Source of the DNA: Narcine bancroftii
Lineage: Eukaryota
DNA: 64,000 nucleotides
Direction of reading: 5' to 3'
NCBI RefSeq assembly: GCF_036971445.1
Contig: NC_091481.1
Coordinates: 73,036,001 to 73,100,000 of the forward strand
Below the pieces are notes generated by a model. That model saw only the letters and a program-made list of their open reading frames with translations. It ran no database searches and was not told where the DNA came from. Shown here in pieces: positions 11,693-24,100 of the stretch; position 1 is the first letter of the stretch, and each line of letters opens with the position of its first letter. Position numbers and translations under genes: made by a program.

Positions 11693-11698
11693 AATAAA
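11693..11698 (+). terminator. Candidate dhdh polyadenylation signal AATAAA
   Basis: First AATAAA after the stop codon; an ATTAAA also occurs near 11597. Confidence 0.55.
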
Positions 11699-11864
11699 GA
11701 AAGGTGAGCTGATGACTGAATTCTTCATGAGTACCATTCAGATGTAACTACCAAACCGGTGTCCTCAGCAAATGTGGGGACAGGTCCCAATCTTGCCCCC
11801 CCAGCATGACAGCATCTGTGGATAAGTGAAATCCTAGCAACACACAACTGCCTTTCACAAAGAT

Positions 11865-11870
11865 TTTATT
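11865..11870 (-). terminator. rps11 polyadenylation signal AATAAA
   Basis: TTTATT on + strand about 27 nt after the rps11 stop; short 3' UTR typical of ribosomal protein genes. Confidence 0.8.
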
Positions 11871-11896
11871 TTGAATGATTCATTTTACAAATGTCC

Positions 11897-12073
<177 letters not shown>

Positions 12074-12515
12074 TCATGCAAGGACCCTGAAGCTCAGTGC
12101 AGGACATCCTCTAGGTCAGGAGAGCTGGGAGAGGCAGCAGCTCACTGAAATGGATGACAACTTCATAGCAGCAGGATCACCAACATCGGCTTCTCTGAAA
12201 CAATTTCCACCCCCCCCCACCCCACAGCTACTAAATCCAGGACTCACCGTGCTGGCCTCAGTTTATCTCCATCACCCAAGTCAAGCCAAGTCTATTGTCA
12301 CCCGATTGTACAACCTGATGAAACAGCGTTCTCCGGTCCGCGGGGCAAAGCCATACAAACAATATACATGCAGGACAGACATTTTACAAATAAACATGTT
12401 CCATGATGGTTTAAAACAGGGTTTTTAAAGAATAAGCTGATGACCCGTTGGGTATTTTCACTGCAAGAAGTGAAAAACCAGCTGATTGCAAAATATTCTT
12501 CTTTTGGAACTAGAA

Positions 12516-12631
12516 CAGTGATTCTCAACCTTTTTCTTTTCACTCAGATCCCACATTAAATATTCCCCATGCCAGAGGTGCTCTGTGATGAGTAAGGGGT
12601 TGCTTAAGGGGGTACGTGAGTGAAACCACTG
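12516..12631. mobile_element. hAT (Charlie-like) MITE in rps11 intron 4
   Basis: CAGTG...CACTG termini; perfect 8-bp TSD AACTAGAA at 12508-12515 and 12632-12639. Confidence 0.88.
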
Positions 12632-12865
12632 AACTAGAAGATCTACTCGGGACTGGATTACCCTGCCATCCCCCCCCCAACCAATCTTGATGTGGTATCA
12701 TTAGAATGACTTTGACCCAGACACCCAATCTCAACAAGCAGGAAAAACTCAGCACAGATACGGAAAATACCGGGGCTAGAGTGCACATCTGGGCTCACAC
12801 CAGCATCCCTCTTGGAAGATTGACCGACTCCTCCAAAGCACAAACACGTAGCAACTAGGAGGTAC

Positions 12866-12995
12866 CTGAAGCAGGGGGAGAGATGCACGGACATGTTCTT
12901 GTGTCTCTTCTCAAAACGGTTGTATTTCCTGATGTAGTGCAGGTAGTCTCTGCGAATAACAATGGTTCGTTGCATCTTCATCTTAATTACGACAC
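12866..12995 (-). CDS. rps11: rps11 exon 4
   Basis: (G)[42 protein letters not shown](R); 130 nt; AG/GT sites. Confidence 0.97.
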
Positions 12996-13638
12996 CTGGC
13001 AAAGCAAGAGGACGGCCAAAACATCATCACACCATGTATCCCAAGGCCCAGCAGTATTTAGTGATGGGAATATTGGCTAAAATGAGACCAGAACACCTTT
13101 GTTCAACAAGTTCACCCATACTTGGATAGGAAAGGCTTGGACAGATACGGCCCAAACACTGGCAACTGGCAGTAGATTGATTGGGAAACTCAGACAATTT
13201 ACTTCCATATATTGAGCTCTGACTCTAGGGCAGCCTCCTATATCCTTCCCATCCACAACACCTCCCTCCCCACCCCCGATCAAGAACCCACTAGTCTCCC
13301 TGCATCAACGATGATGCAACTGGTTCCAATAGGAAGAGGTTTGAAACCCAGTAACGATTTCAGAGTACATCCTGATATCTCCTTCCTGCACATACTCCCA
13401 TTATGATCAATGAGCAAAAGCAATCACCAAATCAGATGCCTGGGCAACAGCCTGTATCACTAAACCAGTGTCTGCTGGAACCAAAACGACAAGCAGTCTT
13501 CTACACACCATTTGTGGACTAACCTTGACCCAATGTAAATAATTTAGTTCCTGCATGAAAGGTGTAAGTGTTAAAAAGATCCACATCAGAATGGACTTTC
13601 CCAGATCAGGGGAAGCAGCATGCTATTTAACTGACTCA

Positions 13639-13740
<102 letters not shown>

Positions 13741-15199
13741 CTAGGAAACAAAGGATTATACAACACATGAGTGGGAGATCAGAGAAATTATGGGGCAAAA
13801 TGGTTCCGACGATGGAAACTGGGAAGCTGCTCCGTGGGGAATCAGAGGTTCTGCGCCTGCAACACTTAATACCTTATGTTCAGCAGTAAAATGATGAAGC
13901 GAGTGAACGTCAGACACCATCTCCCCAAGCCAACCCTTGATCTTGTGTAGATGCACACAGAAATCTTGCTTGGTGTAAGACAGTGGATTTTATGTCAATC
14001 ATAGAAGATACAATATAGACTAATTAACAGGATTCAAAAACGCAGAGCACTAGGTGAATAATCGGGAGTGCAGGTATCGTGTTGTGGATGAAACTCCTCA
14101 AGAGTCCAGATCAGCAAGATCTAAAGAAATCACACCAAGCAGTTACCCAGACAGTTTAATCCAGGAAGCAATCCCAGGGTTAGATGGCAGATCACATTTG
14201 GCTGAGTCAGGCCCATATGGGGAACCAAGATGGAGTGACATAGAAGTCTCAGCCACTGACCATGTCCATATCTACATATGTATTTGATGTCTGTATGAAT
14301 GTGTACAAAGATTGCAGGGAAAACAGACCAACTTCAACAACAGTGACCGTTCAAGGGGTTGTGGAAAGGAAGGCCAGGGAAAAGTCCTTCCCTCCTTAAA
14401 TGTTCTATAACCCAGGCCCCCACTGACAATGACTGCTCTACAGCCACAAATGTGTCCCTAAAACATCTCCCAAGGACTGTTCACAATGACAGCTGCTGTG
14501 CAATAAATCGAGTTGTCATGGCTTTCATGGGAATCGAGAGATTCTCTGACTCTACAATAATTAGAGCGGGAATAATTTCTGGATTACTACACTGGCAGTT
14601 AAATAAACGAGTTAATGCTTTCATGACGGGAATGTGGGAGAAAGGCTTTTAATTCATTGGGCACCACATTCAGTCCCCTGGGAAAAAGAAGCCATCCCAC
14701 TGGGAAGTAAATCTAGGCAAATCTCACAACTACCACCTACTGCAGGAAAATGAGTGAAAGTCAGAACATTATACAGTAATAAGACAAATTTATTTGGAGG
14801 GCAAGTAGTAGATTGGCAAGTATTCTTGCTGGAAACAAGCGTTGAGGTCAAAGATTAACTGTTATCTTGCATTGAATCGCGGAGATGCAAAGCTGAAAGG
14901 GTTCCAATGTTTTGTTGTTATCGTGGCAGCACGGAACAGGAAGGCACAGAAAGGAATGGCACAAATAGGGTCAAATCAGGGCAAAGGGGAGCAACTGAAA
15001 ATCTTGTTTTTTTTAAATCAAAAGCACTTTTAAAATTATATACTATAAAAACAGCTGTAATGTGGCTGGTGGTTGTTACCTCAGAGGGCTCTTGATAAGA
15101 CACCATGTATAACTGAACACCCATTGGTGACCAGGGAAGAAATGTACCAGCCTGAACAGCACATCAGCAGGCAAAATAGCCCATGTGCTATTGGTCAGC

Positions 15200-15540
15200 A
15201 TTGGTCCTAAACTTTACACAATCTATATTAATGACTTGGGTGAAGGAGCCGAAGAGGTGGCTGCTAAATTTGTCAGTCACATAGCAACAGGTAAGAAAAT
15301 ACAATGCATACTGTACAAAGGAACATAGATTCATTTAACAGGCAGGTATCGGTCTGGCAAATTGGCGATTCAATCCGAACTTTTACCAGGAAAAACTAAG
15401 AGATTATGATGAACTGAGTTAGGTGTTTTTGTGCACAAATTTCAAAAGGCTAGGGTGCCAAAGCAGCAAGTAATGAGGAAAGAAAACCAGGATTATGTTC
15501 AGACAAAATTAGGAAAGTTGTGATTCAGGCACATGGAGCG
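15200..15540 (+). mobile_element. Degenerate CR1 RT fragment
   Basis: SALVLNFTQSILMT / GP.LYTIYINDL.....AKF-like RT motif remnants, then WQ..FNP. Confidence 0.6.
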
Positions 15541-15663
15541 ATGGCTAAGCCACTGGAGAACTGTCACCTTGGACTTAAAAGGTGGTGCAAACAATGTTTA
15601 CATATTTTAAAGAGTGGAAAGATTCTCATTAAAGGGCAAAAGATGATGTGGTTATAATTGGTC

Positions 15664-15955
15664 AAAACACAATGCTGGAGAAACTCAGCAGGTCACACAG
15701 TGTCCTTTATTTGGCAGAGATAAAGGAACAGAACCAATGTTTCTGGCTTCAGCCCTTCATCAAGGTACGAGCAAAATGCAGGCAGGCACCGTGTACTTTA
15801 TGTATATTTTGCCCACACCTTGAAGGGCTGAAGCCAGAAATGTTGGTTCTGTTCCTTTATCTCTGCCAAACAAAATACACTGTTTGACCTGCTGAGTTTC
15901 TCCAGCATTGTGTTTTTACCTCAGTCCTGGTGTCTGCAGACTTTCAGATTTTGCA
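15664..15955. mobile_element. Penelope-derived fold-back element
   Basis: About 110-bp near-perfect inverted arms (AAAACACAATGCTGGAGAAACTCAGCAGGTCA...TGACCTGCTGAGTTTCTCCAGCATTGTGTTTT). Confidence 0.8.
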
Positions 15956-16414
15956 GTTACAGTTGTAAACGGCAGAACAGGTGTGGATTTCCCAACAATT
16001 CCTTACAGAGGGACATGCTGCAATCTTGCCACTTTAGGCTCTTGCACCTTTTTCTCACTCTGCTACCAATGGGAAAATGATCCAGGAGCCTAAAGACAAG
16101 CACTCAGTGGCACAAGGGCAGCTCCTTCCCCACCGCCATCAGATACCTGAATAATCAATGAACCACAGACACGGTCTTACTTTTCATCCACACTATTTAA
16201 TTTTTTTATCGTAATGTTGTAAGATGTTTATAATATGAACGATTAGACTGTGATGCCGCTGCGAAAACTGACAATTAAATTCTGATTTCAATGAACTTTT
16301 ATAGAGTTCAGCCCTTTCCCAAAACTTTCAGACCGATCAAGGTTTGGACACTGATGAACAGTGCAGGGTTTTGAATTGAGTGAGGTGGAGAGTCCAGGTG
16401 GATGGACCAGGGCA

Positions 16415-17175
16415 CCCCCACCCCCCCTTCCCATCATCCCCCACCCCCCCTTCCCATCATCCCCCACCCCCCTTCCCATCATCCCCCACCCCCCCTTCCC
16501 ATCATCCCCCACCCCCCCTTCCCATCATCCCCCACCCCCCCTTCCCATCATCCCCCACCCCCCCTTCCCATCATCCCCCACCCCCCTTCCCATCATCCCC
16601 CACCCCCCCTTCCCATCATCCCCCACCCCCCCTTCCCATCATCCCCCACCCCCCCTTCCCATCATCCCCCACCCCCCCTTCCCATCATCCCCCACCCCCC
16701 CTTCCCATCATCCCCCACCCCCCCTTCCCATCATCCCCCACCCCCCCTTCCCATCATCCCCCACCCCCCCTTCCCATCATCCCCCACCCCCCTTCCCATC
16801 ATCCCCCACCCCCCCTTCCCATCATCCCCCACCCCCCCTTCCCATCATCCCCGACCCCCCCCTTTCCCATCATCCCCGAACCCCCCCCTTCCCATCATCC
16901 CCCACCCCCCCTTCCCATCATCCCCCACCCCCCCTTCCCATCATCCCCCACCCCCCCTTCCCATCATCCCCCACCCCCCCTTCCCATCATCCCCCACCCC
17001 CCCTTCCCATCATCCCCCACCCCCCCTTCCCATCATCCCCCACCCCCCTTCCCATCATCCCCCACCCCCCCTTCCCATCATCCCCCACCCCCCCCTTCCC
17101 ATCATCCCCCACCCCCCCTCAACATCATCCCCGACCCCCCCCTTTCCCATCATCCCCGACCCCCCCCCCCACCCC
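16415..17175 (-). repeat. 23-bp minisatellite (CCCATCATCCCCCACCCCCCCTT, ~33 copies) at the start of rps11 intron 2
   Basis: Period read directly; G-rich on the rps11 sense strand. Confidence 0.95.
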
Positions 17176-17186
17176 GGTGGCCTCAC

Positions 17187-17318
17187 CTCGCGCGGCGTTT
17201 TGAAGCCCAGGCCCACGTTGCGGTAATAGCGGGGAACCTTGTCCTTGGAGCCGTCAGTGGCCAGAACCCGCTTCCTGTTCTGGAAGATGGTCGGCTGCTT
17301 CTGGTAGGCGCGCTCCGT
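17187..17318 (-). CDS. rps11: rps11 exon 2
   Basis: [44 protein letters not shown]; 132 nt; CAG acceptor and GTGAGG donor. Confidence 0.97.
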
Positions 17319-17494
17319 CTGGGGGGGGGGGGAAGGGTCAGGGTTCCGGATAGTTACCCCCCCCACCACCCCCGATCGCCCCAAACCCCGCTCTCCCCCA
17401 TATCCGTTACCCCCCCCCGGCCCCGCTCGTCCCCCATCTCCCTCCCGTCCCCCTTCTCCCCCACCACCTCCCCCCCCGGCCGTGCTCCCCCCAC

Positions 17495-18175
17495 CCCCCG
17501 CCCGTCCCCGCTCCCCCCCCCGGCCCCGCTCCCCCCACCACCCCGCTCCCCCCCACCCTCCCGGCCCCGCTCCCCCCCACCCTCCCGGCCCCGCTCCCCC
17601 CCACCCTCCCGGCCCCGCTCCCCCCCCCCCGTCCCCGCTCCCCCCCCCCGTCCCCGCTCCCCCCCCCCCGTCCCCGCTCCCCCCCCCCGTCCCCGCTCCC
17701 CCCCCCCCCGTCCCCGCTCCCCCCCCCCCCGTCCCCGCTCCCCCCCCCCCGTCCCCGCTCCCCCCCCCCCGTCCCCGCTCCCCCCCCCGGCCCCGCTCCC
17801 CCCCCGGCCCCGCTCCCCCCCCCGGCCCCGCTCCCCCCCCCCGGCCCCGCTCCCCCCCCCGGCCCCGCTCCCCCCCCCGGCCCCGCTCCCCCCCCCGGCC
17901 CCCATCTCCCCCCCGGCCCCCATCTCCCCCCCGGCCCCCATCTCCCCCCCACCCCCCCGGCCCCCATCTCCCCCCCACCCCCCCGGCCCCCATCTCCCCC
18001 CCACCCCCCCGGCCCCCATCTCCCCCCCACCCCCCCGGCCCCCATCTCCCCCCCACCCCCCCGGCCCCCATCTCCCCCCCACCCCCCCGGCCCCCATCTC
18101 CCCCCCACCCCCCCGGCCCCCATCTCCCCCCCACCCCCCCGGCCCCCATCTCCCCCCTACCCCCCCGGCCCCGCT
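17495..18175 (-). repeat. GC-rich compound minisatellite filling rps11 intron 1 (CCCCGCTC(C)n-GG/GT and CCGGCCCCCATCTCCCCCCCACCCC units)
   Basis: Two tandem unit families read directly. Confidence 0.9.
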
Positions 18176-18180
18176 CCCAC

Positions 18181-18195
18181 CTGGATGTCCGCCAT
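18181..18195 (-). CDS. rps11: rps11 exon 1 (MADIQ)
   Basis: ATG GCG GAC ATC CAG followed by GTGGGA donor; total CDS 15+132+76+130+124 = 477 nt. Confidence 0.96.
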
Positions 18196-18216
18196 GTTCC
18201 GCCGCCGACGTTCACC

Positions 18217-18300
18217 AAAAGGAACGAGGGATGGCCACGGGGTCGCTTAAGCTCCGGCGCACGGCAGGAAATGACGCCAACTGTGGGCGGAAGTTGGGCA
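18217..18300 (-). promoter_or_regulatory. rps11 core promoter: polypyrimidine (TCT/5'TOP) initiator and ETS/GABP-like sites
   Basis: Minus strand CCCTCGTTCCTTTT at 18217-18230; CGGAAGT at 18288-18294 and CAGGAAAT near 18265. Confidence 0.75.
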
Positions 18301-18570
18301 AGGTCCGCGGAGATTCCCTGGGTGAGGCGAGCCTCACCGCCGCCATGTCAGCGGTCCGTGTGATGGAGGTTCGGCGCGGGGAGGCCTCGGCCTGAGAGTC
18401 CGCAGCGGGGACGCGGCTGTCGCCTTGTGAACAGGTTGTCGGAGAGTGGGGGTCGCAGGGCGAGGCCTATCAGCTGCACACTCATGGAATCCGGGGGGCG
18501 GGGTTCAGGCCGGACCCTCTTGGAGAAGGCGCCTCCTACAGGCTGCAGCCGGCAGCCTAATGTGCAGGGG

Positions 18571-19500
18571 CTGGAGGAGAAGCTGCTTCACTGGGTCCCG
18601 ACGCCCCTCCCTAGACCTGGATCCTGGGCTGGAGGAGAAGCTGCTTCACTGGGTCCCTACGCCCCTCCCTCGACCTGGATCCTGGGCTGGAGGAGAAGCT
18701 GCTTCACTGGGTCCCTACACCCCTCCCTCGACCTGGATCCTGGACTGGAGGAGAAGCTGCTTCACTGGGTCCCTACACCCCTCCCTAGACCTGGATCCTG
18801 GGCTGGAGGAGAAGCTGCTTCACTGGGTCCCTACGCCCCTCCCTCGACCTGGATCCTGGGCTGGAGGAGAAGCTGCTTCACTGGGTCCCTACACCCCTCC
18901 CTCGACCTGGATCCTGGACTGGAGGAGAAGCTGCTTCACTGGGTCCCTACACCCCTCCCTAGACCTGGATCCTGGGCTGGAGGAGAAGCTGCTTCACTGG
19001 GTCCCTACACCCCTCCCTAGACCTGGATCCTGGGCTGGAGGAGAAGCTGCTTCACTGGGTCCCTACGCCCCTCTCTAGACCTGGATCCTGGGCTGGAGGA
19101 GAAGCTGCTTCACTGGGTCCCTACGCCCCTCTCTAGACCTGGATCCTGGGCTGGAGGAGAAGCTGCTTCACTGGGTCCCTACGCCCCTCCTTAGACCTGG
19201 ATCCTGGACTGGAGGAGAAGCTGCTTCACTGGGTCCCTACGCCCCTCCCTCGACCTGGATCCTGGACTGGAGGAGAAGCTGCTTCACTGGGTCCCTACAC
19301 CCCTCCCTAGACCTCGATCCTGGGCTGGAGGAGAAGCTGCTTCACTGGGTCCCTATGCCCCTCCTTAGACCTGGATCCTGGGCTGGAGGAGAAGCTGCTT
19401 CACTGGGTCCCTACGCCCCTCCCTCCACCTGGATCCTGGACTGGAGGAGAAGCTGCTTCACTGGGTCCCTACACCCCTCCCTAGACCTGGATCCTGGACT
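18571..19500 (+). repeat. 58-bp minisatellite (~16 copies)
   Basis: Unit CTGGAGGAGAAGCTGCTTCACTGGGTCCCTACRCCCCTCCCTMGACCTGGATCCTGGR. Confidence 0.96.
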
Positions 19501-21190
19501 TCACAACAGTAAGACCAGTCTGCCCAGGTCAGCAGCAGAACGTTGAGCTCTGTCACGCTGAGCACTGGTGCACCTCAGGGCTGTGTTCAGCCCCTCCTGT
19601 TCATGCTATTGACCCACGACTGGATCACCAGATCCAGCTTCAATAGAGACATCAAGTTTGCAGGTGACAGTAATTGGCCTCATCATAATGAGGATTTATT
19701 GTCGTAACAAGACATGAAATTCAGTGTTTTGTGGCAGTGTGATAGTGCAAAGCATCTTACAACATTAATATAAAAAATAACAATTATAGAGCACGAAAAG
19801 TAAGGCAGTATCTTTGATTCATTGATTATTCAGGAATCTGATGTCCTTGTGCCGCTGAGTGCTCATCTTCAGACTTCTGTACCTTTTCTCGATGGTAGCA
19901 GAGTGAAGAGGGTATGGCGTGGTTGGTGGATAGAGGCTGCTTTCTTAAGATACCATCTCATGTAGATGTCCTCGATGAAGTGAAATCTGGTGTCTGTGAT
20001 GTTGCAGGTCGAGTTAACAACCCTCTGGAGATTTTTCTTGTCCTGAGATTTGGCCTCTCTGTACCAGGCAGTGTTGCAATCTGCCAGAATTCACTCCATG
20101 GTACACCTGTAGAAGTTTTTGAGAGTCTACGGTCCATCATGAATCTCATTGGACCCCTCACAAGGTAAAGGAATAGCCACTGGCATCAACAGATCTCGAA
20201 GATGTTAACACCCAGGAATTTGAAGTTCTTGACCCTCTCCAATATGAGCCCTTGATGAGGACTGGGTCATGTTCCCCTGATTTCCGCCTGAAGTTGGGAT
20301 GATGAGACACACTACTGAGAAGAGGTGGAAAATGTCGTGGAATGGTGCAAGAGTAACAACCTGAGTCTGAACGTGAAGACAAAGGAGATGATTGTGGAGT
20401 TCAGGAACGACCAGCCTCCTCTACACATTAACAATTCTGTAGTGGACAGCACCAAGTTCCTTGGAGTACACTACATCTCCTCACTTGTCAATAAGGTGCT
20501 GAAGTGGGAGTGGGGAAGGTTACCGGCCACCATCATGTCAACCTTCTATAGCAGCTCTATTGAGAGCATCCTGACTAGCTACATCACAGTCTAGCATGGT
20601 TGCTGTAGGGAAATGGATCGGAGGTCAATGTACAGGACCATAGGAGTGGCACCCACCACCATCAACGCGATCTACTGGGTTTGTTGTCTGAAGAGTGCGT
20701 GCAAAATCGTTGAAGACCCCTTCTACCCCGCATACAGCATCTTTCAACTGCTCCCATCAGGGAAGAGATTTTGGAGTAACGGAGCCAACACCTCCAGGCT
20801 GAGAAACAGCTTCTTCTTGTGAGCAGTGAGAACGCTGAACAACCAAAGGAATTGTTCACACTAACTATCTTATACTATCACATTCACAAAACAATATTTT
20901 TATATTTGTCCCACCTCCCTGACAAAAGGCAAAGGAGGAAAAACCCAACACCCAACCCCAACCAACCAATTTTCACCTGCAACCGCTGCAACCGTGTCTG
21001 CCTGTCCCGCATCGGACTTGTCAGCCACAAACGAGCCTGTAGCTGACTTGGACATTTACCCCCTCCATAAATCTTCGTCCGCGAAGCCAAGCCAAAGAAG
21101 AAAGATATCTGATGGTGTGTCTGCGTGTTTTGTACTGAGGATCATTTATCAGATTGTACTAGTACAAATGGATGACAATAAACTTGACTT
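19490..21190 (+). mobile_element. Rex1/Babar LINE remnant interrupted by an antisense Rex1 piece (~19690-20295) and an RTE tail
   Basis: LSTGAPQGCV.SPLLF.L.THD...IKFAGD at 19555-19670; WCKSNNLSLNVKTKEMIVEFR and LLPSGKR...RLRNSF at 20325-20820; AATAAACTTGACTTGA tail. Confidence 0.8.
20912..21104 (+). mobile_element. RTE (BovB-like) LINE 3' end
   Basis: DKRQRRKNP...FTCNRCNRVCLSRIGLVSHKRACS* C-terminal zinc-finger-like motif, then CCAAGCCAAAGAAGAAAGA tail. Confidence 0.75.
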
Positions 21191-24100
21191 GAGGGTCAGA
21201 GTTTGGACATGCTTCCATTTGCTCCCCCACAAAAGAGGTCCATCCCTCTTCCCAAAAAAATAGGGACAGAGTTGCACACGGAAATCTCAACACATCAACT
21301 CTACAAAACAGAACCCCCCCCCACCGGACCAGAAAGAGTCTAGAGAAAGCATCTCCCTCCCTCCGTAGTGAAACACTACTGTTGCCAATAATTAGTAGAC
21401 CATCCTAACACTGGATGAATCTGAAAGAGAAATTGCAAAATATTGAGGAAGCCAGCAGGGTGGCCTCTGTGCTCAGAGGTCACAATCTATGGGACACCTG
21501 AAACACATCACACTGAAACAACAGAGGGGAAAGCAAAAAGTGCAGACAAAAATATACAAAATATTATCTGGAGAAGATACTGCTCGACCTGCTGAGTATT
21601 TCCAGCAACTTCTGTTTTTATTTCAGCAACAAAGTTGATTCCATCTACTGTCCAATCGAGTCCTCCGCGGAAAAAATAAAGAGCCGCACTGCTTAATACA
21701 GAGAAAAGCTCTCTCTCTGTAATGTCCCATCAAACACTCCCTAGTTAGACGGAGGTACAGTACAAGATGACAGGGTAAATGATGCCACATTGTGACCACA
21801 TGAATTATTGACAGAAGTTGCATGTACACAAGGTCTCCACCCTGCTGTCATAAATGAGTTGATGAGAACCTGCAGTCAGATTCCCCTAGGGCTCTACTCT
21901 GCAAAATATCTGGTTCCAAAGAATTATCTCTCAGTTATCCTGTGGATTTTAAACAAAACACATCAAACAATTTGGATTTTGAGCCGTGCTTTAGTGCAAG
22001 ATCAGATACAAAGCTTTGAACATTCAAATTCAGCTCTCATTTCATTATCTCTACCCTGAATCACTTCACATCCAATCATTTGCATTCTCACACATTTGAG
22101 AATCCATTTAAGGTTTTAAATTCACAACATATTAACAGTGTATTTCATTCTTTGCTTTATTTTATTAAAGAAACTACACATACGTGAAAATGTTTATGTC
22201 ACGAGCACCTTGGATTTTTTTGTTCAAGTGACATGGACATAATTGGTTAATTCAGGTTCAGCGGAGAAGCAAATAGTTAAAAGATTTGGAGGTGTTTTCA
22301 GACACATCAGTCTAAGAGAAAATACGATCTATGCAACACGAGGACTCTGAACTCTGGCCAAACTGTCATTCTTAAAATGTGAACAGTATCCTGTGATATC
22401 TGTGAAATCCAAACAAGGGCCATGACTGGAGAGGGTCCTATTATGCCTTTTGGGTGTGGATGGTTACTTCGACTAAACCTGCAGTTAAGAGTGTACCCCA
22501 TACCACTATCAGAAACGATAATCCAGTAACTTTTAAAATAAAATTGACTTGAAGGGTGTGTGCATTTGACCAGGGGAACATTCCATTCATGTTCTTTGTG
22601 CTCCTTGGGTTCAGGTTCCTAGTGAAGTGGAGCATTCAGGCACACAACATTTCAAATTTTGATTGCAGCTCCTGTATTCTCTGTGGAAAAATATAACCAG
22701 ATCAGTCACCACATTCCTGACCCTACACAGATAGTCAGGTTCATGTAAGGCCCTCCAACTGGTTCCAAAAGACAAGTCAGATTTTAAAAGGTTGCATTTC
22801 ACAGTCAAACAATTTCTCCACTTCCTTCAGTGCCTCGTGTAATGGCATTCCCAGGGTTTGAGGGTATTTGATTAATTTCAGCGACAGCTTAGCCCCAAGC
22901 ATTTATTCCACACTATCCAGTCAGATATTGGTATAGATTGTAGTACAGTCATCAATATACCACTGGCAAACCGATACCACCAGGAACTGTTGCAGTTTAC
23001 CCACAAGACTGTTCTGATCATGTGCAGCCTCACCCCAAAGGCTATTGCACCTGAACAAAATCCACACACATTTATTACAACCCATTACCTTTAGGCACGA
23101 GTAAATATACAGATTCACTTGCAGATTACTCCAGAAAGAAAATGATCACATCATTAAATATTTTAAAATCCTCTTTGAGTTATAAACATCCAAACCTATG
23201 GAAAAGTTCTCCAAAAAATTCCACAATAATTTTACATACTTGCTGTCACAAGTGGATTCCTTGTAATGAGGCACTTAAATCATCACACACACACTCACAC
23301 ACACACACACACTCTCTAGAACAGCTTAACAGACCAATGCTTCTATAAATGAATTATCTGTCAGAATCTCCCCAAGTGAATTTCCCAATCAATTCACCTG
23401 GATGTTTGTTGCCTACCCTGCCACCCAACCTGTGAGTGCCCCTCTTTGGGGTACCGTACTCTCGAGATGGTGCTGACTCCAAGGTACAGACTTTAATTCT
23501 CCCCGGGATACAGTTCCTGGAGGTGCTGGCTTTACTTGAGGTACAATTCCTTCGTGATACAACCCTCCTCCATTCCTTGAGAAAACTTCAACAAAGGGCC
23601 CTTTCTAATGAACAATTTAAATGTTGAGCACTGACATCCTTGCCTATGAACTTCAACCAGGAATTCCTGATGGGAACTGCAATTCCCAGGCAATGAAAAG
23701 TAATAGTCGCCTCTAGGCAGTGAGCACAATGTGGAATCTCTGAGCCATCCCACCTTCAACAACCTGATATACCATGACATTTGTATCTCTGCCAGCTGGC
23801 CAAACCTGTCCTAAATTCACGCTCACCCTTTGCTCTTTAATCCCTCAATCCTTCTTGCTTCCTCCAACGACCTGCCCTTGCTTTGGGATTCTCCCTCATT
23901 CACCCTCACTCTGCTCTGCAGCAGAACTAAGGAGGGGATACACTTTGGCTTGCAAGGTGGTTCATCTCTGCTTGGGAATTTATCAGTAAAGGATGGCTGG
24001 AGCCTGGGCAGATCTGTGATGTGCTTCACAATGAAAGTTCACTGCACCCATCTCTGGGCATCATGACTCCACGTTTCTGGAGTTTTTACTGGAGGCTAGT

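Noticed and set aside
13021-13030. Box C-like GTGATGA on the minus strand in rps11 intron 3
   Set aside because: Only about 25 nt from the acceptor, leaving no room for a C/D snoRNA
16361-18395. Long Pro/His- or Gly-rich ORFs
   Set aside because: Produced by minisatellites in rps11 introns 1-2
18427-19546. CRISPR-like periodic array and repeat-protein ORFs
   Set aside because: Head-to-tail 58-bp units with no unique spacers, no cas genes, and a vertebrate context
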